Shown here: positions 20,816 to 38,441 of the stretch, in pieces
How positions within the stretch are numbered: position 1 is the first letter of the stretch
How the letters are laid out: each line of letters begins with the position of its first letter
DNA from: the human T2T-CHM13v2.0 reference genome, Homo sapiens
Length of the DNA stretch: 64,000 nt
Direction: 5' to 3' (one strand)
Assembly (NCBI RefSeq): GCF_009914755.1
Contig: NC_060939.1
Notes under the pieces: generated by a model
The model's database searches: none
What the model was told of the DNA's origin: nothing
Seen by the model: the letters and a program-made list of their open reading frames with translations, nothing else
Program-made: the position numbers and the translations under genes

Positions 20816-20952
20816 GTAAGTATATTATCTGTAGAGGTAGAGAGAATAAAGGGGTGAAATTCTTTTTTAGAATCATGCTTATGTTAGCTTTCCCTTTTTT
20901 TTGTCAGGATCATGTTTTCCTGAAGGACCAAAAATAATTTGGGTCAACTTAA

Positions 20953-21283
<331 letters not shown>

Positions 21284-22744
21284 TGATCCGCCCGCCTCGG
21301 CCTCCCAAAGTGTTGGAATTACAGGCATGAGCCACTGAGCCCGGCCCCAGTATGATATCTTGATGTGATTTAAAAATTTGTATTTTAGGGACTGGGTGTG
21401 GTAGCTCATGCCTGTAATCCTAGAACTTTGGGAGGCCGAACTTTTGGCCGATCACTTGAAGCCAGGAGTTTGAGACCAGCCTGACCAACATGGCAAAACC
21501 CATTCTCTACTAGAAATTCAAAAATTAGCTGGGCATGGTGATACACACCTGTAATCTCAGCTACTCTGGAGGCTGAGGCACAAGAATCACTAGAACCCAG
21601 GAGACGGAGGTTGCAGTGAGCTGAGATCATATCACTGTGCTCCAGCCTGGGCAACAGGGCAAGATTCTGTCTCAGAAAAAAAAATGATATTTTAGGGTAC
21701 CAGAAAAGCTTTGAAAACAATGATCTCCTATCATTTGCTAACCAAATTTAATATATAGTCACATTTCCCCTCTGCCTCTTGATTTCTTATTAATTTTGCA
21801 TTTTTAAAATCTGTTTACTTTTTTTAAGGCTAGTAAAGTGAAGCCCTGGGATTGAGGAAGGAACTAATTTCTTGATATTAGTAAAAATGTATCTCATGTC
21901 ATATTGGAAAATATTTTATTATTAAGCATTTGTTACTGGAACCCTATAATTGGTACCCTATATTTGGAGATGTGGTTTAGCTCTCATAGAAAATTTATCT
22001 TAGCCAGGCACAGTGGCTCATGCCTGTAATTCCAGCACTTTGGGAGGCTCCATTCAGCCCAGGAATTTGAGACCAGCCTAGACAACATAGTGAGACCCAC
22101 GTCTCTACAAAAAATGAATGAGCCTGGTGTTGCAAGCGTGTAGTCCCAGCTACTCGGGAGGCCGAGAGAGGAGGATCCCTTGAGGCCAGGAGTTTGAGGC
22201 GGCAGTGAGCTACAATTGTGCCACTGCATTGCAGCCTGGGCAACAAAGTGAGATCTCATTTCAATTTTAAAAGGAAGGAAAGAAAATTTATCTAGGTCAG
22301 GCACAGTGGCTCACGCTTGTAATCCCAGCACTTTGGGAGGCCAAGGCGGGCAGATACTTGAGTCCAGGAGTTTGAGACCAGCCTGACCAATATAGTGAAA
22401 CCCCATCTCCACTAAAAATACAAAAATTAGCCGGGCGTGGTGGTGGGCGCCTGTAATTTCAGCTGCTTGGGAGGCTGAGGCAGGAGAATCACTTGATCCC
22501 GGGAAGTGGAGGTTGCAGTGAACCTAGATCATCTGGTGCTGAGTAAAATTACATGAAACGTAATTTGTGAGATACTAAAACATCTACTTAAAGTAAGATG
22601 CTTTATAAAAAGTTGGAGGATAAGGAGTTAAATGAACAGAGTATATATTTTTAATAATTAGATTCTACACTTACATTTGCTGATTGTAAAAAAGTAGCAT
22701 GCATGTGGGTTTAACTGAAAGTTGGCAACTGCAGAACTCAAAGC

Positions 22745-23233
<489 letters not shown>

Positions 23234-23403
23234 ACTTTAGAAACTCCTACCCCAAATTGCTGTGCCACATATAGTAATATATTATAAATGTAAAATTCAA
23301 CATATGAATGGGTGCTTTAGTGTTTTGGTGATTAAGGATAAAAGTATCCTTTGAAGTTTCTTTTACTATCTTGTTTCATTCAATTTCTGTTTTTTATTTT
23401 AAG

Positions 23404-23490
23404 GATGAAACACTAGTGCATTGTAGTCTAAATGAGCTAGAAGATGCAGCACTTACTTTTCCAGTCCTTTTCCAAGATGTCATTTATCAG
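23404..23490 (+). CDS. CTDSPL2: CTDSPL2 coding exon (approx. exon 8; D295-Q323), completes catalytic DLDET motif
   Basis: tttaag|GAT ... CAG|gtaatt; 87 nt, phase 0-0; encodes [29 protein letters not shown]. Confidence 0.96.
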
Positions 23491-26138
23491 GTAATTAAAA
23501 TTTTTTTGATGATTTTTGGCCTGATAGGTAACATTCTGATAAAAAAAACTTTTGTATTTTTTTTGTGTGTATGTGACATTAAATGTGTTTTTCTGTAGAA
23601 GTATAATGGATTTCATCAACATTTTAATGATTTATTAACAAAATTAGCATCATGCTAGATATTACATAAAACAACATTAATTTGTTACTCCAAAAATGCT
23701 AACTTTCTTACCTTGAGATCTCAGCTAGTTTCATAATCTGTTTGCCAGCAGGTGGAGGCAGGAGCACTGACATCATAGATCCTCAAGAGGAACTTGCCAG
23801 GTTAACTCCTGGTGTTTTTGTTTTTGTTTTCCAAAAATCCAATTAATACAAAGAAAACTCATTCCTTGTTGATCATTTTATTTCCTATAGTAGTAATGTG
23901 GTCTGTGAAAATTACACTTTAGTACATCTCTTTTATAATTAATCTTAGAATTCCAGGACACTCTTCTAGTTATTGTTTTACTTAGGGCATTTTAGTTTGA
24001 GCATTTCTCTCTCATCTGTGCTGATGGACAGGTAACAGTGCAAAATACAAATATCATTAACATTTCACTGTGGATTATGTGTGCTGGCCATAGTTTTTAC
24101 TTTAAGGTTTTTCCATTATTATAAGATTGAGTTAATAATATAAGTGAATACACTTTGAAAATTGCAAAGTACGTTTCTGTTTTGGAGGTTGTTATTTAAC
24201 TAGCATTATTTGCATTATATAATAGTTGAAAGATTGGGAATCGAAAAGTTTGTTGTCTGTCAAGAGGGAGCCAGCCTAAAGATTAACTTAGTAAAGTCAC
24301 AGAGTGCTTGCCATGTGGATGATGAAAATGTGTTTGGTTGTTTATGTGCTCTTAAAGGCAGTTAGAATGTGGTTATAGTTTTCTTGGCAGATAATAGTTG
24401 ATGTCTCACAGAAACCGTGAAATTTAAGAGTTAAATAGAAGTTTGTGGTTCATGGCTACTTTAACCTACTTTGTCTAGTAATGAGTTGTAAGAGGATTTA
24501 TTTTAGTTGTCAGTTCTAGTTTTAACCTAGGGTAGGTATTGTAGCTATGGCAATAAATATTTGAATACTGAATTCACTTTTTATGTAAGCTGATTTTAGT
24601 CCTGATGTATAATCGGGGGTAAGCAAAATGTACATAAAATTAAAAGATTTAAAGATTTTTCTGTTCCCTTTCAAAACTGATGATTATTTGGTTTAAGGCA
24701 AGTATTTTTCTTAAGACCTTTTTTATCAAATTTGTTGTTCTTGTTTAGTGGACTTTAAGGACAGGAGTCCTTGTGGCAGATGTAAATAGTATAGTGATAT
24801 CTTAGTTTTCTCTTTTAAGCTCGATAACCTTGTTGGGGTTTTTCTTTGTTTTTTGCTTTTGGGTGTTTTTCGTGATTGCATTTGAAAAAAATGGCTTTAA
24901 GGCTTTGAATTTGGAAAGGAAAGCTATTAATTGAAAAATATAGATAAACAATGATTTTGAGATGACTTCTTAAGCTTCTAGGTTTGAAATTGAAATTTAT
25001 TTCTTACAGATGGTTTTTGTTCTGTTTATGTAATTCTTAGTAGTGAATAAGAAACTTAAGTAGGTAAATTTGATTCTTCCCTTTCATGAGCGTTTCTCTT
25101 CAGTATGATCATAAAATTGAATTTTTTTCTTACTGCTTCTACCATTTCTGCTTTAACTCTCTTTTTAAAGTTCTTATTATTTCATGTGGATCTGGATAGT
25201 TGTCTTATTTTGAATAAAAAGCTTCTAGCAGCATATATGACTAATTAAAATACTGTATGTATGTACTGCATCTACCTCTGTGGAATTCAGACAACTCTTT
25301 TTCTTATGTATTCTGAGTTACACTTTCTGAAACTGAAAAATAAATGATCTAGCCTAAATGAGAGCACAGAGCAGGTAGTTTGAACCTTATAAGCTATAGA
25401 GATGATTGCACTTTAATACGATTTAGTTACCATATCACAGACAGAGTTTAGTTACTTTTTAGTAAATTTTTGAGGATATCCGTAGTTAATATTGGGTACA
25501 TTCCCTTGGATTTCTTATTTTGGCATAGCCATTCTGTCTTTTAAAAAATAAATGAAGAAATCTTTGGGTTAGGGTTCCCCCAGTTTTCAGACCAGCAAGC
25601 TCCCTTTAAACAGGGAATGATGTCTTTTAAACTTTCAGTGGTGTTGTCTCCATCTACTGGCAAAGAAGAAATATACACAAGGGTCTGAGATGATCTAAGA
25701 GATATTGGAGAAACCACATTATTAGGTAAGATGTAACTTAAATCTTTAACCACTGTACTATGATGTGGCCCACTTAAAGGTAGAAATCTGTAAAGTACTG
25801 CATATACTCTTATTTTTTAAAAAATTTATTGAGGTGAAATTTACATGACAAAATTAACCATTTTTAAATGAACAGTTCCATAGCGTGTATCTGTATTATT
25901 CTTGAATGTTAGTTTTATAGCATTTACATATATATGTATATATATTTTATATGTAAAGATCAAATTTTTCATCTGAAAGCCAGATGGAGTGTCCTCTTGG
26001 GACTTATTTTACGTTTTTTTTCTTTCTGTGGTATATTTGTTATGGTTGACCTATAACTAATTTTAACTCTACATGTTATTTCTGTTTCATTTCAAAATAA
26101 TTTAATTGTATTATATATGTTTTAATAATTGTCTATAT

Positions 26139-26346
26139 CAGGGGTTGGCAACCTTTTTCTATAAAGGGCCAGTTGTAAATATTTTAGGTTTTGTGGTCCC
26201 TGTCATGACTGCTTTTTGTGCTATTGCAGCATGAAAGTAGCCATGGACAATACATAAATGAAAAAGCATGACTGTGTCCCAGTACAACGTTATATACAAA
26301 AATCAGTGGCAGGCTGCATTTGGCCACCATAGTTTGCTGATTCCTG
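26139..26346 (+). mobile_element. MER58A hAT DNA transposon
   Basis: CAGGGGTTGGCAAC..TAAAGGGCCAG..TAAATATTTTAGG..TAGTTTGCTGATTCCTG; imperfect TSD GTCTATAT/GTCTAATA. Confidence 0.85.
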
Positions 26347-29250
26347 GTCTAATAATTATGAGAGTATATACAGTAAATTTACATATTCAAATTGTAAGTA
26401 GAAGTAAGTAATCAAATGTTCATCAAAATTCTTGTAAATGTATGTAGAAAATTTAAATTAGATCCACAGTAATCTGGTTGTGGGCCTTTAAAGTTTTTTT
26501 AAAATCAAAGTTTGAGGGAACTTTGAGGTGGCCACTACTCACATTTAAAGATTGCCTGACTTAATGATACGTACTCTTCTTTTGGTTGATATGTAGGAAT
26601 AAACTTGGTTAATGCAAGTCTTAGAATTTGTAAGCAGGTAGATTATTGTAAATTAGTACCTTGAGGTGTAATTTGAATTTCATTTCTCTAGGGGATTAAA
26701 AAAAAACCTGAAAGATCTATCTCAAATTAAAATTTGATGTATGTTACTACTGACACTATGTGGACTAGACAGAGTATAGTTTGTATATGGATAAAAAGTC
26801 ATTTGAAAGAACCGACTTGTTAAACGTGAGGAAATGGCACTCATATAGGCAAAATTACAGGCTTTTTGTTTGAATGGGTCTATTTTTCTTAAATTGGTTT
26901 TTTTTTTACATTGTTTTATAATCAGTTATTAAGAAAACATGTATTCATAAAATGGTACAAATGCATTTGATATCTGGAAAAACAAGTGCATGATCACTTT
27001 TATTGCACATGTTTAATCTTTATATTTAGCCTATATTGGCACTTTGTCAGGAAATCCATCTCGTGGTGTTACTCAGTTAAGAGGTCTCCACTGTATTTAG
27101 TTTCTGTTCCTGCAGATCCACCAATTCAAGACTCTAGGTCATCTCACTCCCTCTTCCATCCCGAAGATGACTTCTATCCACAAGCAGGAGTGAATCAAAA
27201 GACATTTTTCACTTAGCTCTTGAGCTGAACCACCTCCTCAATGACCTTCCTCTGTCTCCATCAAGAACTGGAGCTCAGTTTTTTGAAGATGTAATAGAAC
27301 TACTCAGCCCAAATGTGGCTGATTGAAGACAAAAAGAAGATACCTCATATGTTTCACCACAGTGCAGCCAAACGTAACTGTGTTGTCCAACTCCTCATTC
27401 TGTAAAGCTTGGCAGGGGCATCTGATTTTTGACTCTGTTCACCAATAAGACTTTAGCCAGTCAGTGGCTTTCTGAAGATCAGTAAAATCAACAAACTTTG
27501 GGTCAGCTGTCCAGAAATCAGATTGTGGTAAGCACTCAAGGACAGATAGGATCCCTGTAGGGAGCTACTTGTAAAAGATGCTTTGTTTTATTAGTAGAGG
27601 TTGCTTTTATGGGAAAAGTTGGGGGAAGAGGTGGATGGGGAAGGCCACGGTTAGCAAAGCTTACCCGCGTCCCCATTCTTTCAGTTTTCTTGGGAATCTT
27701 ACAGCTTAGGATAATTTTCATATCACAGAACAAGAGAAGTAGAACCAGGTGCAGTGGCTCACGCCTGTAATCCCAGCACTTTGGGAGGCGGAGATGGGCA
27801 GATCACCTGAGGCCAGGAGTTCAGGACCACCCTGGCCAACATGGCAAAACCCTATCTCCACAAAAAAATAAAAAAAATTAGCCGGGCGTGGTGGCAGGTG
27901 CCTGTAATCCCAGCTACTCAGGAGGCTGAGGCAGGAAAATCACTTGAACCCAGGAGGCGGAGGTTGCAGTGAGCCAAGATTGCGCCACTGCACTCCAGCC
28001 TGGGCGACAAAGCGAGTCTCCATCTCAAAAAAGAAAAGAAAGAACAAGAGAAGTAGAGGGTCAGTTGCTTCTGTCTCCTCTTTACAGTCTTTTCTAGAAA
28101 AGTCAGCTTTATTTTTGCTTCATGAAGGAAAGAAACCAATCATTTAAATTTATAATTTTGTAGTAAATACCTAATTTTTTTCTCAAGTTCTGGCTTAAAT
28201 TGATACTAACCAACATGCACATTGTTCTTGAGATTCATCTACAAAAGTAGCCTAAAAAAAACTTTTGAGGCCGGGGCAGTGGCTTGCTTGTAATCCCTGC
28301 ACTGGGAGGCTGAGGTGAGAGGAATGCTTGAGCCTGGGAGTTTGAGACCGGCCTGGGCAAGATAGTGTGAGATCCTGTCCCTTCCAAAAAAAAAAAATTA
28401 GCCGGGCATGGTGGGGAGCACCTATAGTCCCAGCTACTCGATAGGCTGAGGCAGGAGGATTGCTTGAGCCAGGAGGCTGAGAAATCAGACAACCATTTCA
28501 GGGTCATAGTTGCATAGTATAGAGGATAAAACTAATATTTTAGCTTGTAGGGAACAATAATTCAATAATTAATTGTAGATGAATATTAAAAATACTACTT
28601 TAGAATAATTTTAAAGTCACTTTCCCATCCTTATTAGTATGTTTAGTTATTGGTACTAATTTTTTCATCATAATTATTCATTATTAATTGGCTAAAAAAA
28701 GGAAAAGATACAAATGAAACCAATAGTTCTCTATTTCTCAAAAATATGGAAAAATATATTTTATGGGGATTCTTTGTCTAAAATGTATCTTTCAAAATTA
28801 GGAGCAATTCATTAAAATAAAATAGAGGCCAGGTGTGGTGGCTCATGCCTGTAATGATAGCACTTTGGGAGCCCTAGGTGGGTGGATGGCTTGAGCTCAG
28901 GAGTTCAAGACCAGCCTGGGCAATGTAGTGAGACCTTGTCTCCACAAAAAATGCAAAAATAGGTGGCACACACCTCTAGTCCCAGCTACTTGGGAAGCTG
29001 AGGTGGGAAGATCACCGGAACCCCGAGAGCTTCAGGCCCTAGTGAGCTGTGATCACGCCACTGCACTCCACCCTGGGTGACAGAGAGCCAGTCTCAAAAA
29101 GAAAAAAAAGAAGGAGAAAAAACATACGGGCCAGCCATGGTGGCTCACACCTCTAATCCCAGCACTTTGGGAGGCTGAGGCAGGTGGATCACCTGAGGTC
29201 AGAGAGTTCGAGACCAGCCTAAACAACATGGTGAAACCCTGTCTCTACTA

Positions 29251-29472
<222 letters not shown>

Positions 29473-29701
29473 CTATAAATTTAGAAGGTGTGACAGTTGA
29501 TTACATTAAATTGGAGGCTTCATTTCCTTTGAAGTTTAGAGTTTGAGTTTAAAGGTAACATTTTTGTTTTACTAAAATGGCCATTGTTTTGACTAAACTT
29601 TTATTAATGTAAATACATCAAGTTTTTTAACATATGCAAATATATGTACATACAATATAATGGCCAATTTTTCCCTGATGAAAATTATGCTTCATTGGTA
29701 A

Positions 29702-29860
<159 letters not shown>

Positions 29861-30438
29861 TGAGGCCGGCTAATTTTTGTATTTTTAGTAGAGATGGGGT
29901 TTTACCCTGTTGGCCAGGCTGGTCTTGAACTCCTCACCTCAAGTGATCTGCCCACCTCGGCCTCCCAAAATGCTGGGATTACCGGCATGAGGCATGAGCC
30001 ACCATGCCCAGCCCCATTGGTAACTTTTAATATAAATCATATAAATCACCTATATGAATACATTAAGCTTCATTTTATCCTACTTTGACTTTTTTTTTTT
30101 TTTTTTTTTTGGAGGCATGGTGTCGCTGTGTCACCCAGACTGGAGTGCATTGACACAATCTCTGCTCACTATAGCCTCTATCTTCCAGGCTCAAACCGTC
30201 TTCTCACCTCAGCCTCCCAAACAGTAGCTGGGACTACAGGAATGTGCCACCATGCCCTTTTTTGTATGTTTTGTAGAGACGGGGTTTCTCTGTGTTGCCC
30301 AGGCTGGTCTCAAACTCCTGGGCTCAAGCAATCCACCCAGTTCAGACTCCCAAAGTGCTGAGATTACAGATGTGAGCCACCGTGCCCTGCCTGTACTCTT
30401 TAAAAAATTTCTTTTCAGGTTGATTTCTGTTTGAGTAA

Positions 30439-30624
<186 letters not shown>

Positions 30625-30666
30625 TAGTAGAGACAGGGTTTCACCGTGTAAGCCAGGACGGTCTCA

Positions 30667-30980
<314 letters not shown>

Positions 30981-31504
30981 TGAACTCCTGTCCTCAACTA
31001 TCTGCCCACCTCGGCCTCCCAAAGTGCTGGGATTGTAGGCGTGAGCCACTGCACCCAGCCGCAGGAGCTTTTAATTTAGGGATTTTTTGTTGTTTTGTTT
31101 TTATTTTTATTGGTTTTAGTGTTTACCTATTCATCCCAAATTTATCCACCTACAAATACTACCCCCAGCATCTGTCTACCTCTTATTGGAATTTTCATGA
31201 AGCAAAAGATTACTACTGTAACATCACTCAGTGGGTTATGAAATTGAGACCACTCTAGGGCCTACCTGAATAACCCTCTTTCTTTGGAGAAGGTTTGGGT
31301 TTTATCTTTAAGTTCTGGTATTGATGCTAAGAACATGTGAACTAAATTAAACAGTTTACTGAAACAGTTTGTTATCTCCCTCTTCCAAAAGTATAGATTT
31401 TGGCTGTAGGGCTTTCTCTTTGGAATTGAGGTTGCCCAGTTCTGCCCAATAGAATCATACTCACTCCAGCTCTTCTTGTGACTGATTACTTTTAAACAAT
31501 GAGA

Positions 31505-31690
31505 TAGATAATAATAGCTAATAGCTATTGGCACTTTGAATGTACCAGACACTGTTCTAGGTACTTTACGTGTATTAACTTATTTAATCTTCACAACCAC
31601 CTTATGATGTAGATATTGTTGTTATATCCTGTATTTTATAGATAGGGAAACTGAGGTATACAGAAGAGTTAAAAAATTGGTACAGCCACT
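31505..31690 (-). mobile_element. MIR SINE
   Basis: ATTTAATCTTCACAACCACCTTATG..ATTTTATAGATAGGGAAACTGAGG is the antisense MIR core. Confidence 0.8.
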
Positions 31691-32915
31691 TGTACACTTG
31701 TGGTATCTACTGATGGTAAGATAAGATTTTTTCAGTTAATTGTAGCATCTCATTCTTTTTTTTTCTTTTTTTTTTTGGAGACAGGGTTTCATTCTGCCAC
31801 CCAGGCTAGAGTACAGTGACATGATCACATCTCACTGCAGCCTCAACCTCCTGGGTTCAAGCAATTCTCCTGCCTCAGCCCCCTGAGTAGCCGGGACTAC
31901 GGGCGAGTGCCACCACGCCTGGCTAATTTTTGTATTTTTTTGTAGAGACAGGGTTTCGCCATGTTGCCCAGGCTAGTCTCAAAACTCCTGGGCTCCAGTG
32001 ATCCTTTCACCTCGGCCTCCCAAAATGCCCTAGCATTTTAGGATTATAGACATTGAGCCACCACACCTGGCTGCATCTCATTCTTTATGTTCCCCAACTT
32101 TGTTTATTTTCTACTGTTTTAATTCTTCTTGCTTAATTAAATAAGAAATAGCACCTACCAGTCATCTTTTTGATTAAAAGAAAACAGATGTCATACTCTA
32201 AAGTGGATGATTCCTTGGATTCATCATTTTTTAAAACCTATTGCCACAATGTAGCAATAGGTTGGAAGGATGTCATGGAAAAAGTTTCAAAGATGTTTCT
32301 TTTTGAAAGTTATGGTCTGCCGGGCGCTGTGGCTAGCCCCTGTAATCCCAGCACTTTGGGAGGCTGAGGCGGGTGGATCACGAGGTCAGGAGTTCAAGAC
32401 CAGCCTGGCCGAGATGGTGAAACCCTGTGTCTACTAAAAATACAAAAAACTTAGGCATGGTGGCGGAGCCCTGTCAGCTGAGCTATTCAGGAGGCTGAGG
32501 CAGAGAATTGCTTGAACCCGGGAGGTGGAGGTTGTAGTGAGCTGAAATCGCACCACTGCACTCCAGCCTGGGTGACAGAGTGAGACTCCATCTCAAAAAA
32601 TAAAAAAAGAAAGTTATGGTCATATTATCTGGGCCTAAAAATCATTTAGAAATGTTTTTCCTAAAAAGACTCACATGTAATTTTTGGGGGGGTCATACTG
32701 TTAAAATTATCTATGATATTAGATTAAGGTTTGATAAACTAGTAGAAATTACTAAGTATATAACTTGAAATTATATAATTCGATGTGAGTTTTAATTTAG
32801 ACTTTACCACATAATATGTAGAATCAGTTTATAAGTGGATTATCATTTTAATGACTGCCTTTTTTATTTTTATTTTTTTTATTTTTTAATTTTTTTGAGA
32901 CACAGTCTTGCTTGA

Positions 32916-33214
<299 letters not shown>

Positions 33215-33404
33215 TAACTATTAATAGCCTTTCAGTACTATCTATATACAATTTTTATCTTAACACACAAAAAAATAGACCATCAAGTATTATTCATATC
33301 AAGTAGTAGTAGTGTAGTGGGTTTTTTGAAATTATATATATGGCTGGGTGCGGTGGCTCATGCCTATAATCCCAGGACTTTGGGAGGCCAAGGCAGGCAG
33401 ATCA

Positions 33405-33655
<251 letters not shown>

Positions 33656-35202
33656 TCAGTTCACAACACCTTTTTTTTTTTGAGACGGAGTCTCACTCTG
33701 TTGCCCAGACTGGAGTGCAGTAGCGCATCTTGGCTCACTGCAACCTCTGTCTCCTGGGTTCAAGCAATTCTCCGGTCTCAGCCTCCCCAGTAGCTGGGAC
33801 TACAGGTGCATGCCACCACGTCCAGCTAATTTTTGTATATTTAGTAGTATATTTAGTAGAGACAGGGTTTCAACATGTTAGTCTGGCTGGTCTCAAACTC
33901 CTGACCTCAGGCGATCCACTCGTCTTGGCCTCCCAAAGTGCTGGGATTACAGGCGTGAGCCACCATGCCTGGCACCACAACACTCTTTTACAGATATTCT
34001 GATAGATTTTCATTTTAAAAGTTTTGCATAATGAACATGTTCATAAATCTGTATCTTCAAGTAGTAGTCAATCTTGAATAGTTTTTTAAATATAATTATT
34101 TCTTATTATGGCTTTAGGCATTATTTTTAAACTTTTGACATTTTCCACAATATATTTGGTTTACTGAGAAAATATTAAAATTATTTGTACTATAAATAAA
34201 ATATTATCGATTTGAAGAAACATGTATACTAGACTGAAATGAAGCTTTTGGCCTTTGGGAGATTACATAATTTTGAAGAGCTGCAAGTTTCAAGAAGGTA
34301 AAATACTAAGTAGAGAAAGGAGTGGATTAAGGAAATGTAGAAAATGGGAAGTAGGCAGCTCAGGAAAGGAATCTTTGTATGAGAGTAAAATTAGAAGAAA
34401 AATGGAGCTAATGCTATTTGTAGAATAGATTTTGAAGCATTTGGAGGCATGTCTATGTGTGCATCTGTCTGTTTTTGTATCTCTGACCTAACACAATAAA
34501 GTAATGGTAGTCTCAAGAGTTAAACTCATTGTATTATATGTACCTGACAGATGTTCTTTATTTGTTCTTACCAGACAGTACGTAGTGCTTCTTGACTTAT
34601 ATATTTCTGTTCACGCTTACCTATATCCAAATAACTTAGACGCTGCTGGCCTTATGTCTCATCTCTACTTCTGTTTCTGAGATTTTCCTTTGCATCACAT
34701 GGCACAACCCCATGTGGCCCTAACCCCAGCCCAGTACCTTTCTACGTTTCTTCCCACTTTCCTCCCTCATTCTCTGCCTGTGTCTTTTAATACTGAAACA
34801 CCTTCTTGTTCACATGGTGAATCTGTTCTGAGGATAGGAACTATTATTTTCAACAGTTACTCTTTCCATTCTCATAGTAAAGAAACACTCTAGCAATATA
34901 TTCCTTTATCTTCAGTGCCACCTCTTATCCCCAGTAAACAAACACATTTTGAAAGCAATGTCAAATTTTAAGATGCATGTTATATTTAAGTATAGTTAAA
35001 GTAGTAGTATGCACAATGAAGTTATAGCTTTGACCTAATCTGGAAGTCACTGTATGAGAAGTTGGAAAATGTCACCTTTGAACAATGTTCCACTTACTAT
35101 GGCTGGAAAATATTGTTAACTAGACATATTCTTGTGCAGTGGAATTGTGTCGTGTTCAGAGGCAATAAATCTCAAAGAGGCCCTGCTTATCTTAGTTTAC
35201 TG

Positions 35203-35979
<777 letters not shown>

Positions 35980-36923
35980 TATATGGAGCAAGTGATAATA
36001 GGGATATTGAAAATAAAACATTTATATACATGAAAAAATGAAATATTTTTGGTTACTAACTGCATGTGAGTGATGAACACTGGCAACAAGTAAAAGGTTC
36101 TGATAGTTTATAGTTTATCATCTACCTTGAGATGGAATTCAGAAAAAGTATTGGCAGAATAGATGGGTTGTTCTTAACCATCACAAATCTGTTTTGAAAA
36201 GACTCAGTTGATTAAAATGATTTTGTTAGTAAAATAATATACATAAAAATCTGTTGTTGTTTGGCTTACCAAAGAAGGTGTGTGTGGTTTTCAATCAAGG
36301 CTACAAACTACACCAAATGTTTCAGGATGAAAATGTTAAAATTGATTAGAAGAACAACTATCGTTAAATTTTTTAGACCTCATCCTAAACGATGGTGATT
36401 GGATGCTGAGGATTTGGTTCTTTTTTTCTGCTTTGAGGAGGGGTATGTGGTTTACTTTGTTTTTGATCATCAAGACTGATAGGATTAGGCCGGGCGGAGT
36501 GGCTCACGCCTGTAATCCCAGCACTTTGGGAGGCAGGCAGATCACTTGAGGTTAGGAGGACAATGTGGTGAAACCCCATCTCTACTAAAAATACAAAAAT
36601 TAGCCAGCCATGGTGGCCCATGCCTGTAATCCCAGCTGCTCCGGAGGCTGGGGTAGGAGAATTGCTTGAACCCTGGAGGTGGAGGTTGCAGTGAGCCAAG
36701 ATGACGCCACTGCATTCCAGCCTGGGGGAAAGAGCAAGACTCCTTCTCAAAAAAAAAAAAAAACTAATAGGATTAAAAACAAGTAAACCTTTATCTAGCC
36801 CAGAGATGGGGACAGAGTGATATTATTAGCACAGTAATGATCATTCAAAATTTGTCTTCTGGCCTGGCTTGGTGGCTCACGCCTGTAATCTCAGCACTTT
36901 GGGAGGCCAAGACGGGCGGATCA

Positions 36924-37142
<219 letters not shown>

Positions 37143-38274
37143 TCAAACAAACAGAATTTGTCTCCTATAAGTGGTCAGTTCTTAAGGAAATTCTCTATTT
37201 TGCCCTAAAACATTCCTAGAACTAGATTTTTGTCATGGGGGCATTTTTGTGTGCATGTATATGGATGCCAGAATTGAAACTCCACTAAGCCTGGGTTTGA
37301 ATTTGTTGCTACCACAAGGTGTTTGGTTTGTTTTTAATCTGAATCCGTGAATCTAGTTCAATAAATACTTGTTATTCGTGGTATTTGAAATTATAATAGT
37401 AGTCACCTTTGAATGAAGTATAGTATTTTTCTTTCTGTAAAATTTTGTAACAAAATGAATACAATTTAGAGGAGTCAGAATGTAAATAGTTTTAATGGTT
37501 GCTCATGGCTTTTTGAATATTAGATTATAGGAGCTATATTAAATGTAGGCAAAGAGAGACACAGAAATAAGAAAATAATGTATGTAAAGCAGTTCTGTGG
37601 GTACTGTAGTCTTTTCTGATACTGACCAGTAGGTTTTGAGAACTGTTGTGTTTGACTGTTATAATTTTAATCTCAAGTAGCCAATAGTGCTAATTTAGAT
37701 GCCACATCTGAGTCATTAAATGTAGAATAGGAAGATTGATTTCTGAAAAACTGAGGTTATTTAAACCCATCAATCCAGACGTCTCCTTTTGAATATAATT
37801 TACCTTGATATAAATTTAAAATAGAGATATTTTTAGCAGGTGGTTGTTTGAAGGAATTCTGAGTAATTATTGAGGAAGGTCATTGAGACAGGTCAGCTAG
37901 AGGTGGACACAATAATTGGATGGATGCTACCTGGCTGGAAGATGGAGCTTACTGGTGGATCAAAATCTCAGAGGGAAACTTTCCATTTTTAGCTTAAATG
38001 TTTATTAAAATTACATACCAGTGAAGTACTGTATGCTGCTATTAGTAAAAATGACTTGATCATCAGTGATTATTATTATCCCACCAAAGAGATTGGTTTA
38101 AGTGATCGCTTGTATGTGAAATATACTTGGTTTGAGTGGTACTTAGTTAATATTTCTATACTTTAAAACATGAACTTTTTCATTATAATCAAAGTTAGAA
38201 TACAGCACATCTTAAAAAGAAGTGGTTTCCCATTGTATGTTTATTTGCTGAAACTTATCTTTGTATTTCCTTAG

Positions 38275-38337
38275 GTTTATGTGAGATTAAGACCATTTTT
38301 CAGGGAATTCCTGGAACGAATGTCTCAGATGTATGAG
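38275..38337 (+). CDS. CTDSPL2: CTDSPL2 coding exon (approx. exon 9; V324-E344)
   Basis: ttccttag|GTT ... GAG|gtaaac; 63 nt; encodes [21 protein letters not shown] (SCP-family RP motif). Confidence 0.95.
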
Positions 38338-38441
38338 GTAAACATGCTTAAGCTAATTACATATGTATTTTTATTTTATTCAATATAGTACCCATATTTA
38401 GACCATGTATAATGATTACTTCTTTTCCCCTGAATTTATAG

